Below, piece by piece: positions 63,063 to 64,000 of a DNA stretch of 64,000 nucleotides (within the stretch, counting starts at the first letter, position 1; every line of letters begins with the position of its first letter). The stretch is taken from NCBI RefSeq assembly GCF_964194155.1, contig NC_135898.1, positions 60,760,001 to 60,824,000 of the forward strand, written 5' to 3'. The notes below the pieces were generated by a model, which saw only the letters and a program-made list of their open reading frames with translations, was not told the origin of the DNA and did no database searches. The DNA is from Cetorhinus maximus. Taxonomy: Eukaryota. The translations under genes and the position numbers were made by a program.

Positions 63063-63609
63063 CAATAAAAATTATTCCAGTGTTCAGTGTTATTTCCATC
63101 AGCACCTTACCATGGATTAGAGGTCATAGTTAAGAAAAAAAACTTGATAAGCTGAAGCTTTTTTCACTGGAGCTATGAATGTTCATAAGTGGCCTGATAG
63201 TGGTCTTCACAATTTTGAAGGGTTATGGGACCAATGTTTCTTCCTCCCCTTTGCACATGCTTTGGACAGATGCCATGCACACAAGAATGCTGAGCCTGTC
63301 CAAGCATCAGCTTGTTCAAATTTGGTGAGCAGCAGCCAAAGATCTATAGGCCCAAAGATCATTGGGGAAGACAAAGACAGCCATTCCCCTTTCTGATCTT
63401 CCTTATCTTGCTGACAGCATCCCTCGTACCTGGCCATTTGATGAGCTCCCAGGTATAAAGCTTTCCATTGAGCACCCTTCAAATAAGTGCTTTTCTGTCT
63501 CATGGTACAGGAGAGATATAATATCCCAATCCACATTTTGCCCATGGTTTCTTTGGCCTTGCACCTATTGTGAGTATTTCCAAGGCGTATTAGGAATATT
63601 GGACTGATA

Positions 63610-63905
63610 ATTAAAAATAGAGCACATCCATTGGTGAACCAGGGGTTAATAGAGGGTGTGAATTTGAGATAATCACAAAAGAAAGAGAGATTAGAAAAAA
63701 AACTTTACATAAAGGTAATCCTCTGTAATCCTCTGCCACAAACTGTTGTTGAAACACTTTAAAATTAATTTTGAGTGATTAAATAGTTGCTTCAAATACA
63801 TGAATATTAAAGGTCATGGGAATTGACCAGGAATTAAAGGTAGATCATGTGGAAAGAAATGACTTGTGCAGACTAGTCTGTTTCTGTGCTGTGACGTTCT
63901 ATGAA
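63610..63905 (+). mobile_element. Highly degenerate CR1 3' end
   Basis: Residual similarity to the reverse complement of 52003-52330 (ctctgccacaaactgttgttgaa…tattaaaggtcatggg…tgtttctgtgctgtgacgttctatga). Confidence 0.5.
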
Positions 63906-64000
63906 CTCATGATAATTTTTGTATACTGTGCTACTTTATAGTGATGGGAATTTTTTTATGGTGTAGTTGCCATCAAATTTGATACATGAGAAAGAAACCA

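Overview
Eukaryotic, repeat-rich DNA with no recognisable intact host protein-coding gene. The repeat complement (Deu-domain SINEs, CR1-group LINEs, Penelope-like ends, PIF/Harbinger transposons) points to a cartilaginous fish, probably a shark; this is an inference. The window is probably a long intron or gene desert. It holds decayed two-gene PIF/Harbinger transposons of two families (DDE transposase plus Myb/SANT-like gene, convergent) and about ten non-autonomous elements sharing GGGCNGRATTTT-type TIRs and 3-bp TSDs. It also holds two near-full-length and several truncated copies of a single-ORF APE+RT LINE with a tRNA-like 5' head, a Rex3/Expander-like RTE nested in one of them, other RTE, CR1 and L2 remnants, and a 32/35-bp minisatellite. 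Most interesting: (i) three minimal hammerhead-ribozyme-like motifs with a non-canonical CUGUUGA core in Penelope-like insertions; (ii) recurrent Harbinger insertion at the same target, including two different families at the homologous nucleotide of a host repeat; (iii) the tRNA(Thr)-like LINE head; (iv) candidate small exons and CNE-like blocks in repeat-free AT-rich DNA. All family assignments come from motifs recognised by eye; no searches were run.
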